Shown: piece by piece, positions 28,633 to 38,538 of the stretch
Layout of the letters: each line of letters opens with the position of its first letter
How positions within the stretch are numbered: position 1 is the stretch's first letter
IMG/VR virus record: IMGVR_UViG_3300025358_000002
Location: 1 to 64,000 of that record
Origin: a virus
Taxonomy: Duplodnaviria; Caudoviricetes
DNA: 64,000 nucleotides
Strand: one strand, 5' to 3'
Translations under genes and position numbers: made by a program
Notes under the pieces: model-generated
Seen by the model: the letters and a program-made list of their open reading frames with translations, nothing else
The model's database searches: none
Told to the model about the DNA's origin: nothing

Positions 28633-29631
28633 ATGTCAAATAACTACGCTGATCACTTGGCACCTCGCACTGCCAAGAAGTCTGACGACTACGTCGCCGG
28701 TATCGTCGAGGCTCAAGAGCGCCTTGCTGCCGCTACTGGTCGTAAGACTGCTACTCGTGAAGAGAAGCAACGTCGTCTCGCCGGTATCCTTGCCGACAAG
28801 GACAACTACATGGTCCGTCTGGGCCAGGGTATGATTGGTCCCATCCAGCTGAAGCTCCGTTACCAGGGTATGACCCGTAACGTCCTCCTGGAAGACCCGC
28901 TCACCCCTGGTGTACCTGTCATGTACGACGTACTTGACGAGTACGGTCAGGCTTACATTCTTTCCGGTAACGAAGGTGAAGTCCGCGTGACGCCCTTCGA
29001 AGGTAAGAAGGTTCCAGTCCGTTTGTTCCGTATCGCTACCTTCCCTCAGATCAAGAAGGAAGACTTGTGGTACCTCCGCGTAAACATCGTGGAGTACGCT
29101 CAGGACATGTCCAAGCAAGCCATCATGATGCAGGAAGACTCCCGTTTGATCACAGTCCTCGAGGCTGCTATCAACAACTACGCCGTTGACCCCAACCACA
29201 CCGTTTCACCTAACCACATCGTGAACGAGCTCTCGGGTTACATCACCCCTGACTCACTCTACGACTTGGTCGCTCTCATTGAAGTCCACCAGTTGGAGGC
29301 TTCACGTCTGTTGTTCAACCCGATCGACTACCGTGACCTCTACAAGTGGGACATCAACCAGACCGGTTGGGCCTTCAAGGACCGTGTTGTTGCCGGTGAG
29401 CGCATCGTTCAGTTCGGTGGTTTCCAGGTTCAGCGTTCGATTGAGGTACCTCAGGGCACCGTTTACATGACCCCAAGCCCCGAGTTCCTCGGTGTCTTCC
29501 CCGTCATGTACTCACTCGACGTCGAAGAGAACCACACCCCAGAGAAGTTCCACAAGGGTTGGGTCATGGACGAGCTCGTCTCCGAGATCGTTCTCAACCC
29601 CCGTGGTCTGGGCAAGATCGTTAAGGCTTAG
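28633..29631 (+). CDS. major capsid protein (Bxz1/cluster C-like)
   Basis: RLGQGMIGPIQLKLRYQG..RNVLLED.LTPGVP, WDINQTGWAFKD, PEFLGVFPVMYSLDVEEN, KGWVMDELV, LNPRG match the recalled Bxz1 MCP; highly biased codons. Confidence 0.92.
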   Translation: MSNNYADHLAPRTAKKSDDYVAGIVEAQERLAAATGRKTATREEKQRRLAGILADKDNYMVRLGQGMIGPIQLKLRYQGMTRNVLLEDPLTPGVPVMYDVLDEYGQAYILSGNEGEVRVTPFEGKKVPVRLFRIATFPQIKKEDLWYLRVNIVEYAQDMSKQAIMMQEDSRLITVLEAAINNYAVDPNHTVSPNHIVNELSGYITPDSLYDLVALIEVHQLEASRLLFNPIDYRDLYKWDINQTGWAFKDRVVAGERIVQFGGFQVQRSIEVPQGTVYMTPSPEFLGVFPVMYSLDVEENHTPEKFHKGWVMDELVSEIVLNPRGLGKIVKA

Positions 29632-29650
29632 TCTTAACAAACGTACCAGT

Positions 29651-29687
29651 GCCGGGGAGGTCGGATCCTTTGAGATCGCTCCCCGGT
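29651..29687 (+). terminator. GC-rich hairpin after MCP (terminator or 3' stabiliser)
   Basis: CCGGGGAG...CTCCCCGG with inner GATC/GATC; no U-tract. Confidence 0.55.
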
Positions 29688-29781
29688 CATCGTACCAAAT
29701 TCGCATTAAAAACTACAGATTTCCTAGATCTGTTAGCAGTGTGCAAAATGTGCACATTGCCTTGAAACAAGGAGAAACAAA

Positions 29782-30351
29782 ATGGCAAGAACAGTATCAA
29801 AGTCAAGCGATACAAGCTCAGAGAGTACAACAATTCCAGTAGTGGATCTGGGTGGACACTTTGAAGAGCATGTACCGGATGCAGCAGACAGATCTGCAGC
29901 ACTCCAAAAGCGTGCTCCAGCATCATTCCAAGGTATGCAGGACATTAAGACTGCAGACTGGATTGAGAACTTGATGGATGGATCAACGGTGTTTGCTAGC
30001 GATAAGGGTAGCTTCAAGCTAAACGGCGCTGGTTTCCACGGAAGCATCCAGCCTATTGCTGAAGAGATTCGCAAGGATCCATACCTGTTGAGAGCCGTAC
30101 AACGTGGACGCATTGCTTTCATCACAGCCGAAGAAGCAGAAAGCAAGATCGCTGAACTCAGAGATGAGAACAGCACAAGCGAGAGCCACATGGATCACCT
30201 CCGTGAAAGTCTCGCTGCAGGAGCTAGTGAAAACACTGGTCTGTACAAGATTCCACTGCCTGATGAAGCCGAGCCTAAGCCTGGCAAGACTCAGACATGG
30301 GAAGAGGTTTGGGCCAGCAGCACCAGCACACCTAAGCCAAAGAACGTATAA
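29782..30351 (+). CDS. hypothetical protein
   Basis: SD AAGGAG; 189 aa. Confidence 0.75.
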   Translation: MARTVSKSSDTSSESTTIPVVDLGGHFEEHVPDAADRSAALQKRAPASFQGMQDIKTADWIENLMDGSTVFASDKGSFKLNGAGFHGSIQPIAEEIRKDPYLLRAVQRGRIAFITAEEAESKIAELRDENSTSESHMDHLRESLAAGASENTGLYKIPLPDEAEPKPGKTQTWEEVWASSTSTPKPKNV

Positions 30352-30393
30352 CAACCGGTGGACTGCAAAGCTCCACCTTTATAAGGAGCTTAA

Positions 30394-30660
30394 ATGAGCG
30401 AAGAGACCAAGAACACAGTGAAGCCCAGCGACGCCGTTGCTGAGCCACTGGGTGCTATCATCCCGAGCGGTACGGTGCTTAGCGGCACCACCATCTACAA
30501 CGAGCCATGGTTCAACGTTTGGGTTCCTCAGACGTTTGCCGGTACTGTTGTTAGCGGTTCTGCCACAGTTACTCTTAGCGGTAACGGCTGGAACGGTCAA
30601 AACAACCAGGGTCTGATTTTTCAGAATGACCAATACAACACAACTGTGAGAGGATTCTAA
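30394..30660 (+). CDS. small SG-rich virion protein
   Basis: SD AAGGAG; 4 SG in 88 aa. Confidence 0.65.
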   Translation: MSEETKNTVKPSDAVAEPLGAIIPSGTVLSGTTIYNEPWFNVWVPQTFAGTVVSGSATVTLSGNGWNGQNNQGLIFQNDQYNTTVRGF

Positions 30661-30661
30661 C

Positions 30662-31399
30662 ATGGCTACAACACCCAACGTCGGTCAGGAACAGCAGAAT
30701 AAGCTGAACCTTCGCGGAGTAACTCGTGGTGGTGCAACACCAGGTATGGTAACACCACCTGTTGATGTCGCCATCATGGTCAATGCTGCTGCCACAACCA
30801 GCGGTATCTTGGAACTCTCAGTTGGTACTGGTACAACAACCTTCACCATCAGTGGTTCAAACGGTGTTACCACCACCCTTACTGGTACCGCAACTGGTAC
30901 ACAGGTTAGCGGTTTGGTCTCTGCACTTGCAGCTGGTCCTTTGAGCGGTTACACGTTCTACGTTAACGAGGGTCTTTCTAACTACCTGTACAACACCACA
31001 ACGAGCATCATTGTTCCTTCCGGTGTTACATTGACGGTTGTTAGTGGTACCGGTGCTGTCCCAACCCTGACTGCTTTTGCTCTCAGCGGTACTGAGGCAA
31101 CCACCTACCCCAACTACGTAGGTACTCCAAACGCTGCTCCTACATGGATCGATGACGCTACAGCCCACTCATATGTAGTAGGTTTCAACGGCAACATCCT
31201 TGGCGGTACAATCCTGAACGCTTCCGGCATTGCTACAACTAGCGGTGCCCTGGTTACCCAACAACAAGTACGTCAGATTCTTACTGGCGCAAATGTTGAC
31301 GGTGGTAGCTCAGACCAGCGTCTCAACGGTTACTTCGCTTCATATAGCGGTAACCTGTACCAGACTGGCCAGAAGAGAACTCAGCGCCAGCAGAACTAA
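30662..31399 (+). CDS. SG/Thr-rich virion protein
   Basis: 10 SG in 245 aa, beta-rich composition. Confidence 0.7.
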   Translation: MATTPNVGQEQQNKLNLRGVTRGGATPGMVTPPVDVAIMVNAAATTSGILELSVGTGTTTFTISGSNGVTTTLTGTATGTQVSGLVSALAAGPLSGYTFYVNEGLSNYLYNTTTSIIVPSGVTLTVVSGTGAVPTLTAFALSGTEATTYPNYVGTPNAAPTWIDDATAHSYVVGFNGNILGGTILNASGIATTSGALVTQQQVRQILTGANVDGGSSDQRLNGYFASYSGNLYQTGQKRTQRQQN

Positions 31400-31539
31400 T
31401 GGAACACTTACCTTTTTCAATAAAGGTAGAAGCAGTAATCGTAAGAGCCAATGGTGACCAGGAATTTCTTGGCGCCATTGGTTCTACTGCATTAAGGGAA
31501 GAAAATGAACACAGTATTGACATCAGCGACAAGAAATAG
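31399..31539 (+). CDS. small hypothetical protein, 46 aa (MEHLPFSIKVEAVIVRANGD...), not in ORF track
   Basis: TAATG coupling, read manually. Confidence 0.5.
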   Translation: MEHLPFSIKVEAVIVRANGDQEFLGAIGSTALREENEHSIDISDKK

Positions 31540-32110
31540 CCTTGTCAACGTCATTACAGGTTCTGGCTATTCCTTGAGTAAGCCAAAATACCTCTCTTGG
31601 GGAACTGGTGTAAGCCCTGCGCTACCCACAGATATTGCTCTTAGCAACCCGATCAGCGGTGTTATCTCTGGAACTGTCAGTACCGTTTCTACCGTTACAT
31701 CAGGTGATACGTACTTCTGTACGGGTACTTTTACTGCTAGTGGGATTGTTTCGGTTACCGAGGTAGGTCTTTTTACCAGTCAGTCTAGTTCAGCCGTAGG
31801 CACTCTTGCAAATCAAGTTGGACCCACAGATACCACTATCACAGTGAGTGGCTATAGCGGCTTTCCAGGCACCTTTCCGTTCAATGTGCAGGTGCTCACC
31901 GAAGTAATGACAGTGACATCTGGAAACGGCACGAATGTCTTCAATGTAATTCGCAACGCAAACGGCTCTAGTAGAGTGCTGGGCACAATCCCAATGTTTA
32001 CTCCGGTCGTAGGACCGGCTGGTTATATGTTCTTGAAAAGCACATTTTCAAGTATTAACTTATACCCAGGGGATAATTTACAATTTAATATCAGCGTACA
32101 ATTCTCTTAG
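31505..32110 (+). CDS. fibre-attachment-type structural protein
   Basis: YLSWGTG..P...D.AL and VTEVGLF typical of fibre N-terminal anchor domains; inserted TEVMTVT..VIR module. Confidence 0.6.
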   Translation: MNTVLTSATRNSLVNVITGSGYSLSKPKYLSWGTGVSPALPTDIALSNPISGVISGTVSTVSTVTSGDTYFCTGTFTASGIVSVTEVGLFTSQSSSAVGTLANQVGPTDTTITVSGYSGFPGTFPFNVQVLTEVMTVTSGNGTNVFNVIRNANGSSRVLGTIPMFTPVVGPAGYMFLKSTFSSINLYPGDNLQFNISVQFS

Positions 32111-32117
32111 GATCTAA

Positions 32118-34751
32118 ATGGCTTACCCCACATATACAACTCCTAGATCAATCGCTGGCGCAGCTGCACCTTCCTATCTTTCTGCAACGCTTGCTAGCGG
32201 GTATTCTGCTGGGCAAACAGTTACAATTGGCAATACATCTGGCTGGTATGAAGTAAGCTCAAGCGGCACTGCCACCACAAACCCATTGGGAACTAGTGGT
32301 GTATTTACGTTGGTGGTTGATTACGGCCTCAGCACAGAGGAAAAGATCCTGTGCGCATCCGGTGCTATCTCTATTGGTGTTAATGCAGTAATCCCAGTGT
32401 GGACAGACGGTACACACAACGGCCGTGGCTGGGATGGAACAAAATCAGTAGCACATGCTACGGGTAGTGGCACCAACCCTAATGTATTCCTCGTTAGAAC
32501 TGCAGTAGATGACCTTCAGTTCAATACATCAGCGGCCACACTAACCAACAACCTTGCTACTCTTTCGGGTCAATATGTCGTCACTAGCGGCATTGTAACT
32601 AATACAACTACCAATGTTGCTGCTCTTAGCGGTTCACTCGCTACCTTGTCTGGCCAATATGTTGTCACCTCTGGCATTGTTACAGCTCAAGCTGGTTACA
32701 TTTCTACGATCTCAGGCAAGCAAGTAACTGATGAAGCAAATATTGCTAGTTTTTCAGGCAGCTTGGCAACCCTCAGTGGTCAATATGTAACAACCAGTGG
32801 GATTGTAACCAGCCACACTGGGTCAATTGCAAGCATCAGCGGTAGCCTTACTACTCTTTCTGGACAGTTTGTTGTGCTAAGTGGTGCATACGCTGCCACT
32901 TCAGGTAGCCTAAACACCGTAAGCGGAGTCGCTTACTCTGCTTTGCAACGATCAGGTGGCACTATCAGCGGTGCATTGAATATCACCAGCCCCATCCTTG
33001 GTGGTGTAACTGCTACTAGCGGACAATCTCTTGTATGGAACAGCACACAATGGGTGCCAGCAACGGTTAGTGGCGGTGGTGGAGGGATCACTTCTCTTAC
33101 CGGTGACGTAACTGCAACCGGCACAGGTGCAGTCGCTGCAACTCTGGTTGGTACAACCGCTGTTAGTGGTGTGGTAAATGCCATTGTCAATAACAACTCA
33201 ACAGTAACAGGAACAGTTGCAAACCTTGCCACATTGAGTGGACAATTCGTTACACTTTCAGGTCAGTTTGCGACCCTTAGCGGCGCCTATGCAACCACAT
33301 CAGGCAACCTCAATACAACAAATGCTAATGTAGCAAGCTTAAGCGGCCAATTTGCTTCACTTTCAGGACAATACTTAACAACGTCTGGCATAGTTACTAC
33401 TGCTACCGGTAACATTGCTACCCTTACCAGTAACCTCGCTACCCTTAGCGGACAATATGCAACCACATCAGGAATCCTCACAACGCTATCTGGTCAATTT
33501 GTTGCATTGTCTGGTGCATACGCCACAACATCAGGCAATTTAAATACAACTAATGCTAACGTTGCAACTCTTTCAGGACAATTTGTAACATTATCTGGGC
33601 AATACAATACAACTAGCGGGATTGTAACTTCCCACACAAGTTCAATTGCTTTAATTAGTGGCAGCTTGAACACTCTTTCAGGGCAATACGTTGCTACATC
33701 AGGCAGTCTAACAACGTTATCGGGTCAGTTTGTAGCACTCAGTGGCGCTTATGCCACTACATCAGGTAACTTAAATACAACCAATACAAATGTATCGAAT
33801 CTTAGTGGTCAGTTTGCTTCATTGTCAGGTCAGTACCTAACAACTTCGGGAATAGTTACTACTGCAACTGGCAACATTGCTACATTAACTAGCAACTTAG
33901 CTACCCTGAGCGGTCAATATGTTGCTACGTCTGGAAGTCTTACAACTCTTAGTGGTCAATTTGTAACATTAAGCGGTGCATATGCAGCGACTTCAAGTTC
34001 TTTGAACACACTTTCTGGACAGTATGTAGCCACTAGTGGTAGCCTTACAACTTTGTCAGGTCAGTTTGTAACGCTTAGTGGGCAATATAACACAACATCT
34101 GGTATTGTTACTGGTCACACGAGCTCTATCGCGCTAATTTCAGGCAACCTTAACACCGTTAGTGGTGTAGCTTATGCTGCCCTGCCAGGATCCGGTGGAA
34201 CTATTAGCGGCAACCTTGTTGTTGCTTCTGGTCTTACTGTATCTGGCACATCAACACACATTGGTAACTCTACGTTTAGTGGTACTCTTACAGTGGCAAG
34301 TGCCATTATCAACCCTATCCTTCAGGGTGCTTATGAAGTTGTATCTTACAGTGGATCAACCGTGCTTAGCGGAACGGCTACTCCAGCTACGCTTAATGCA
34401 GCAAACAGCTCTTTCTATTTCTATAACACAGCACCATCTGGTTCATATACAGTAGCAATCACCGGAGCACCAACCGTGTCTGGTAGAAGCGCCACTTTTG
34501 CTTTGCTTGTAAATAATGGTTCTACGGCTTATTTGCCCAGCAACGTTACCATTAATGGTAATCAAGCGGGTGCAAGTAGCTCAGCACTCCCATTGCAGGG
34601 TGCGACAAACAATAACATTACTACATTTTACCAAGGTGGCACAGCATGGTCTTCAGCGGATGCAAGCACTCTTGATTCATACACGTTTACTGTGATCTGC
34701 ACGTCATCCACCCCAACATGGACATTGTTAGCAGGATTGACAAAGTTCTAA
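32118..34751 (+). CDS. long fibre protein with SG-containing heptad coiled coil
   Basis: Heptads such as LATLSGQ/YVVTSGI; C-terminal domain ending DSYTFTVIC...AGLTKF. Confidence 0.8.
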   Translation: MAYPTYTTPRSIAGAAAPSYLSATLASGYSAGQTVTIGNTSGWYEVSSSGTATTNPLGTSGVFTLVVDYGLSTEEKILCASGAISIGVNAVIPVWTDGTHNGRGWDGTKSVAHATGSGTNPNVFLVRTAVDDLQFNTSAATLTNNLATLSGQYVVTSGIVTNTTTNVAALSGSLATLSGQYVVTSGIVTAQAGYISTISGKQVTDEANIASFSGSLATLSGQYVTTSGIVTSHTGSIASISGSLTTLSGQFVVLSGAYAATSGSLNTVSGVAYSALQRSGGTISGALNITSPILGGVTATSGQSLVWNSTQWVPATVSGGGGGITSLTGDVTATGTGAVAATLVGTTAVSGVVNAIVNNNSTVTGTVANLATLSGQFVTLSGQFATLSGAYATTSGNLNTTNANVASLSGQFASLSGQYLTTSGIVTTATGNIATLTSNLATLSGQYATTSGILTTLSGQFVALSGAYATTSGNLNTTNANVATLSGQFVTLSGQYNTTSGIVTSHTSSIALISGSLNTLSGQYVATSGSLTTLSGQFVALSGAYATTSGNLNTTNTNVSNLSGQFASLSGQYLTTSGIVTTATGNIATLTSNLATLSGQYVATSGSLTTLSGQFVTLSGAYAATSSSLNTLSGQYVATSGSLTTLSGQFVTLSGQYNTTSGIVTGHTSSIALISGNLNTVSGVAYAALPGSGGTISGNLVVASGLTVSGTSTHIGNSTFSGTLTVASAIINPILQGAYEVVSYSGSTVLSGTATPATLNAANSSFYFYNTAPSGSYTVAITGAPTVSGRSATFALLVNNGSTAYLPSNVTINGNQAGASSSALPLQGATNNNITTFYQGGTAWSSADASTLDSYTFTVICTSSTPTWTLLAGLTKF

Positions 34752-35773
34752 TGCCACTCGTAACTACATTCGCAAACGATGCTATCCAAGCACTCAATGT
34801 GTTTTCTTCGCAAACTGTAGTAGCTGTTACAGGATCACACATTTATTTTAACGCTTCAAATACTTATACTTTTACCGTTCCATCAGGTGTAACTCAAATT
34901 TCAGTCCTTGCTATCGGGGGTGGTGGCGGTGCTGCTGGTGGTGTAATTGCTGGTCAGAATGGCACTGCTTCAACCGTAAAGAACAGTGGTGGAACGACCC
35001 TTATCAGTGCCGGTGGTGGTTCTAGAGGAGCAAGCGGTGTCCCAGGCACAGGCGGAACTGCTTCATTCGGAACTGGTGTCACGGGAACAGGATATTCAGG
35101 TGGTTCTGGTGGTTTGCGTGGTGGCGGTGGCGCAGGTGGTTACACAGGTGCTGGTGGTGCTGGTGGTGCTACAGCGTCTTCGGCTGGTTCGGCAGGTACA
35201 GGTGGTGCTGCCGGTGGTGGTGGCTCGCCATCGTCAAACGGTGGTGGCGGTGGTGGAACGGGCGTTTATGGCTCTGGTTCCAACGGCGCAGGTGGTAACT
35301 CAACAGTAGGCTCACCAACAGAGGGCGGTCAGCCGGGTTCCAATGTCACTTACACGGCTGGCGCAGGTGGGCCCGGTGGCAACAACACGTCGTCTACTTC
35401 AGAGGGCGGTGACATTGGTTCCTATCCATACACGGGTCTTGTCGCTGGTTCGTCAACCGGACTTCAATCGAACACCGTATATTCGGGTGGTGGAAACGCT
35501 AGTGGTGCTGCTGGTGGCGGAGGAGGCGGTTGGCCCGGTGGTGGTGGTGCTGGGCAGAACTCCACAGGGGGTGGTGGAGGCGCTTTAGCCTACGCCAATC
35601 TTAGTGTTTCACCGGGTCAGACCTACACGATAAATGTTGGAACTGGCGGAGGCGGATATGGTAACGGTGCCGGTGGAGCATCTGGCGTTGTCCGCATTGT
35701 CTGGAATACAACATCAACGCCATCATTCCCATCAACTAATGTTGCTTCAACTACAAATGAAGTGTATAACTAA
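34751..35773 (+). CDS. glycine-rich adhesin-like protein
   Basis: FTVPSGVTQISVLAIGGGGG...VSPGQTYTINVGTGG...GVVRIVW; polyglycine runs; TAATG coupling to the fibre. Confidence 0.7.
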   Translation: MPLVTTFANDAIQALNVFSSQTVVAVTGSHIYFNASNTYTFTVPSGVTQISVLAIGGGGGAAGGVIAGQNGTASTVKNSGGTTLISAGGGSRGASGVPGTGGTASFGTGVTGTGYSGGSGGLRGGGGAGGYTGAGGAGGATASSAGSAGTGGAAGGGGSPSSNGGGGGGTGVYGSGSNGAGGNSTVGSPTEGGQPGSNVTYTAGAGGPGGNNTSSTSEGGDIGSYPYTGLVAGSSTGLQSNTVYSGGGNASGAAGGGGGGWPGGGGAGQNSTGGGGGALAYANLSVSPGQTYTINVGTGGGGYGNGAGGASGVVRIVWNTTSTPSFPSTNVASTTNEVYN

Positions 35774-36102
35774 TGCTAGGTAACCGAGGATATTACAGCG
35801 CAAACGCCAAAGTGTATGAAGGCTACCGTGGTATACGTAAGCTGCAATCTTATATATTAAACATCTTGTTGGTTGAATTTGGTAAAGTACAACCACTTAT
35901 CAATGTTAATAATTATGCATTAGATAACGATCAAAATCTTGATAATGCTGGCAACTTCACTGCGAATAATGACCAGCCAGGTCTTAATTGGATAGAACCA
36001 ATAATTCCTGCTAGCGAAGGGTACACCGCAGAAGAAGTCCTGCAACCCAATGACTTTACAGAACCTGACTATCCGTCTGGCGAGGATGTAGTGCCTTCTT
36101 GA
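35773..36102 (+). CDS. hypothetical protein
   Basis: Coupled ORF. Confidence 0.6.
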   Translation: MLGNRGYYSANAKVYEGYRGIRKLQSYILNILLVEFGKVQPLINVNNYALDNDQNLDNAGNFTANNDQPGLNWIEPIIPASEGYTAEEVLQPNDFTEPDYPSGEDVVPS

Positions 36103-36136
36103 TTTTACCTTAGTTAATAGACCAAAAGGAGATAGT

Positions 36137-36685
36137 ATGAACGACACACGCAACGCACAAGTAGCCTGGGCTGAATGGGGCGTAGCCAACCACCAGCACT
36201 TTAATTATTCAGAAGGTGCTGACCGCATGAACGCCATTGGTGTTTGGCCTCCCAAGTTTCCCATCAATACCGACTGCTCGGGTTCTTGCACCCTGTGGGC
36301 ATTCCTTGCCAATGGCAATGACCCAAACGGCCTTAACTTTGACCACGAAGGCTACACTGGCACATTCCTTAGCCACGAAGAGCACCTTGCTCTCTGGGTT
36401 AAGAATGCTAAGGGTGTTCTTGTAGAAGACGTTTTGCCAGGTGACTACGTAGTTTATGGACCTGGAACGGGCGAACATGTAGCGATTGTCGTGGAGGTAC
36501 ACGGCAATGACATTTTGACCGTTTCACACGGCGCACAAGGTGGACCTGGCTATTGCTGGATTAATGCTCCTAAGACAGTTCCTTCACGTGGTTATCCATT
36601 TGATGGCCGTACCCCACAGACGTTTCTCCGCAATGTAACTGACACAGCTAAGACTGTCCGTACCCCCGACAACCTCCCAAAGTAG
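36137..36685 (+). CDS. NlpC/P60 peptidoglycan hydrolase (candidate endolysin)
   Basis: DCSG, GYTGT, PGDYVVYG, HVAIVV, SHG; SD AAGGAG. Confidence 0.8.
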   Translation: MNDTRNAQVAWAEWGVANHQHFNYSEGADRMNAIGVWPPKFPINTDCSGSCTLWAFLANGNDPNGLNFDHEGYTGTFLSHEEHLALWVKNAKGVLVEDVLPGDYVVYGPGTGEHVAIVVEVHGNDILTVSHGAQGGPGYCWINAPKTVPSRGYPFDGRTPQTFLRNVTDTAKTVRTPDNLPK

Positions 36686-36690
36686 TTTAA

Positions 36691-37674
36691 ATGACACGTT
36701 ATCGTCAAAATTTCTTATCAGGAACAGCATCTAATGTTATTGCTAATACCAACCAGCTGACAATTACTGGTACGGGATTTCCCACAAACATTCCAGCTGG
36801 CCAATACATGGCAATTACGCTGAACCCAGGATATTACGGCACTACCGCAAGCCCTGAAGTTATCTACATTAACAGTAACACCACCTCCACTGTAGCTAGC
36901 GTTACGGCTAGAGCCCAAGAATCCAGTGTACTCACCAGTGGAACATTGGTTCCTTGGGTTGCTGGTCCTTTGGTAGCTGACTACGATGTAACAAACCTTA
37001 CATCAACCGGTACGTTGTCGTTGAACAATGGACTTAGTGTTGCAGGATCAAGCACCCTCAGCACAACAAACGTTAATGGAGTGCTTACAGTCCAAAGCGC
37101 AATTGTCGCAAATGGTACATACTCAACATTTAATACGGGTATCCTTTCTAATGGGAGCGCAACTTTTAACAACAGTGTTGCCGTAAACAGCACAATTACC
37201 GGCATACCCAAAGCAAGAATGTACGGTGTAGGTACGACTGTAAACTCAAGCACTTATACAACCATCCAAACAGTTGTTACTGGTACATATGGGTTTGTTT
37301 CTGGTGGTATGACCTATTCTAATAATGGTCTTACTGTTCCATATACCGGCTATTACCAGATCAGTGCATCCATTGGTTATTCAGCATATGGTGCTTATGG
37401 TGAACCAGCCGCCTCCGGTGTATACGGGTGTCAGCTTGGCATTTACACAACATCAACAGGTACAAGCACTGGATATTACGTCGCAGCAGACGCTTATATT
37501 GCAGGAGTGCCTGTAGCTGGGTTGATTCCAGAAACGGTTGTTTTGTCTGACATTATTCCGTTAAATGCTGGCAACACAATTACTTTGATTGGTTGGGCTC
37601 CTAGCTTGGCTCTTGCCGGTTCAGTTGCTGGTGCACAAACAACATACGTATCTATTCACTATATCGGTAGCTAA
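36691..37674 (+). CDS. minor tail / fibre protein with C1q-like C-terminal domain
   Basis: PEVIYI..RAQE N-module; LTVPYTGYYQISASI...LNAGNTITL. Confidence 0.6.
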   Translation: MTRYRQNFLSGTASNVIANTNQLTITGTGFPTNIPAGQYMAITLNPGYYGTTASPEVIYINSNTTSTVASVTARAQESSVLTSGTLVPWVAGPLVADYDVTNLTSTGTLSLNNGLSVAGSSTLSTTNVNGVLTVQSAIVANGTYSTFNTGILSNGSATFNNSVAVNSTITGIPKARMYGVGTTVNSSTYTTIQTVVTGTYGFVSGGMTYSNNGLTVPYTGYYQISASIGYSAYGAYGEPAASGVYGCQLGIYTTSTGTSTGYYVAADAYIAGVPVAGLIPETVVLSDIIPLNAGNTITLIGWAPSLALAGSVAGAQTTYVSIHYIGS

Positions 37675-38537
37675 TGAGAGTACGTCCTATCCCACAATAC
37701 GCAGCCGAGCCATTGGGAATCACAACGTACATCAGCGGTTCTCTTGCTGATCCTGACAATCAATACGTTTGGATCAACATTACAAACACTGATAATGGCA
37801 CTGTGGTGCTCGCTTCTGGACAAGCAACGTGGGAAAGCACGGGTACATACCAGTACACAACCAACTCTAGCCAGACAGCAATTCAAGGAAACTACGCAAC
37901 CACTTGGAACTACGCCATCAATGGTAGCCCAAGAACGTACGTAGATAATTTTATCATTACTGATCAGATGCCGTATTGGAGCAATCTGGATACGGAACAA
38001 CGTCAGCTGGTGACGGGTATTGTGCACCGACTTGACAAGAGTTTTGACAGTACTGCTGGTGGTCCATACTTGCAGGAACTCAATCAGAGTGGTTTCTTGA
38101 TGTATGAAGAAGTGGCCATGGTTATGCAAGACGAAACAATGGACTACATCAACTTCGAATTTCAACCGATCTTTAGCCCTGCTTATCAGGTTGGTATCAA
38201 CGCTACTGTTCCTTTTCCAACCACGTATTACGGTGTCTTGTCTACACAAACGTACGCTCACTTCTTGAAGCACATTGCTCGTAACTACATTGAACAACCA
38301 ACGCCAGCTGGTATGAACGCTGCTTGGATGGACCGTCGAGATTACTACAACCGTTGGTGGCAGTTGTACCTGTTTGACAAGGAAGTTGCTGACAAGCAAC
38401 TCCGTCAGATGAAACGTCAATACATGGTTGGTTCCAAGAGATCCCTTTTGGTTGCTGGTGGTCTTATTCCGCGTATGTTCACGAATCCGAGCCGACCGCA
38501 TTTTCAATATGCAGCGGTTAATATGGGTGGAGTTTAA
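37674..38537 (+). CDS. head-tail adaptor / neck protein
   Basis: Position; Ig-like N-part plus helical DRRDYYNRW domain. Confidence 0.55.
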   Translation: MRVRPIPQYAAEPLGITTYISGSLADPDNQYVWINITNTDNGTVVLASGQATWESTGTYQYTTNSSQTAIQGNYATTWNYAINGSPRTYVDNFIITDQMPYWSNLDTEQRQLVTGIVHRLDKSFDSTAGGPYLQELNQSGFLMYEEVAMVMQDETMDYINFEFQPIFSPAYQVGINATVPFPTTYYGVLSTQTYAHFLKHIARNYIEQPTPAGMNAAWMDRRDYYNRWWQLYLFDKEVADKQLRQMKRQYMVGSKRSLLVAGGLIPRMFTNPSRPHFQYAAVNMGGV

Positions 38538-38538
38538 T

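Noticed and set aside
31399-31539. Frameshift joining the 46-aa ORF to 31505-32110
   Set aside because: No canonical slippery heptamer, and 31505 has its own ATG with a purine-rich upstream sequence
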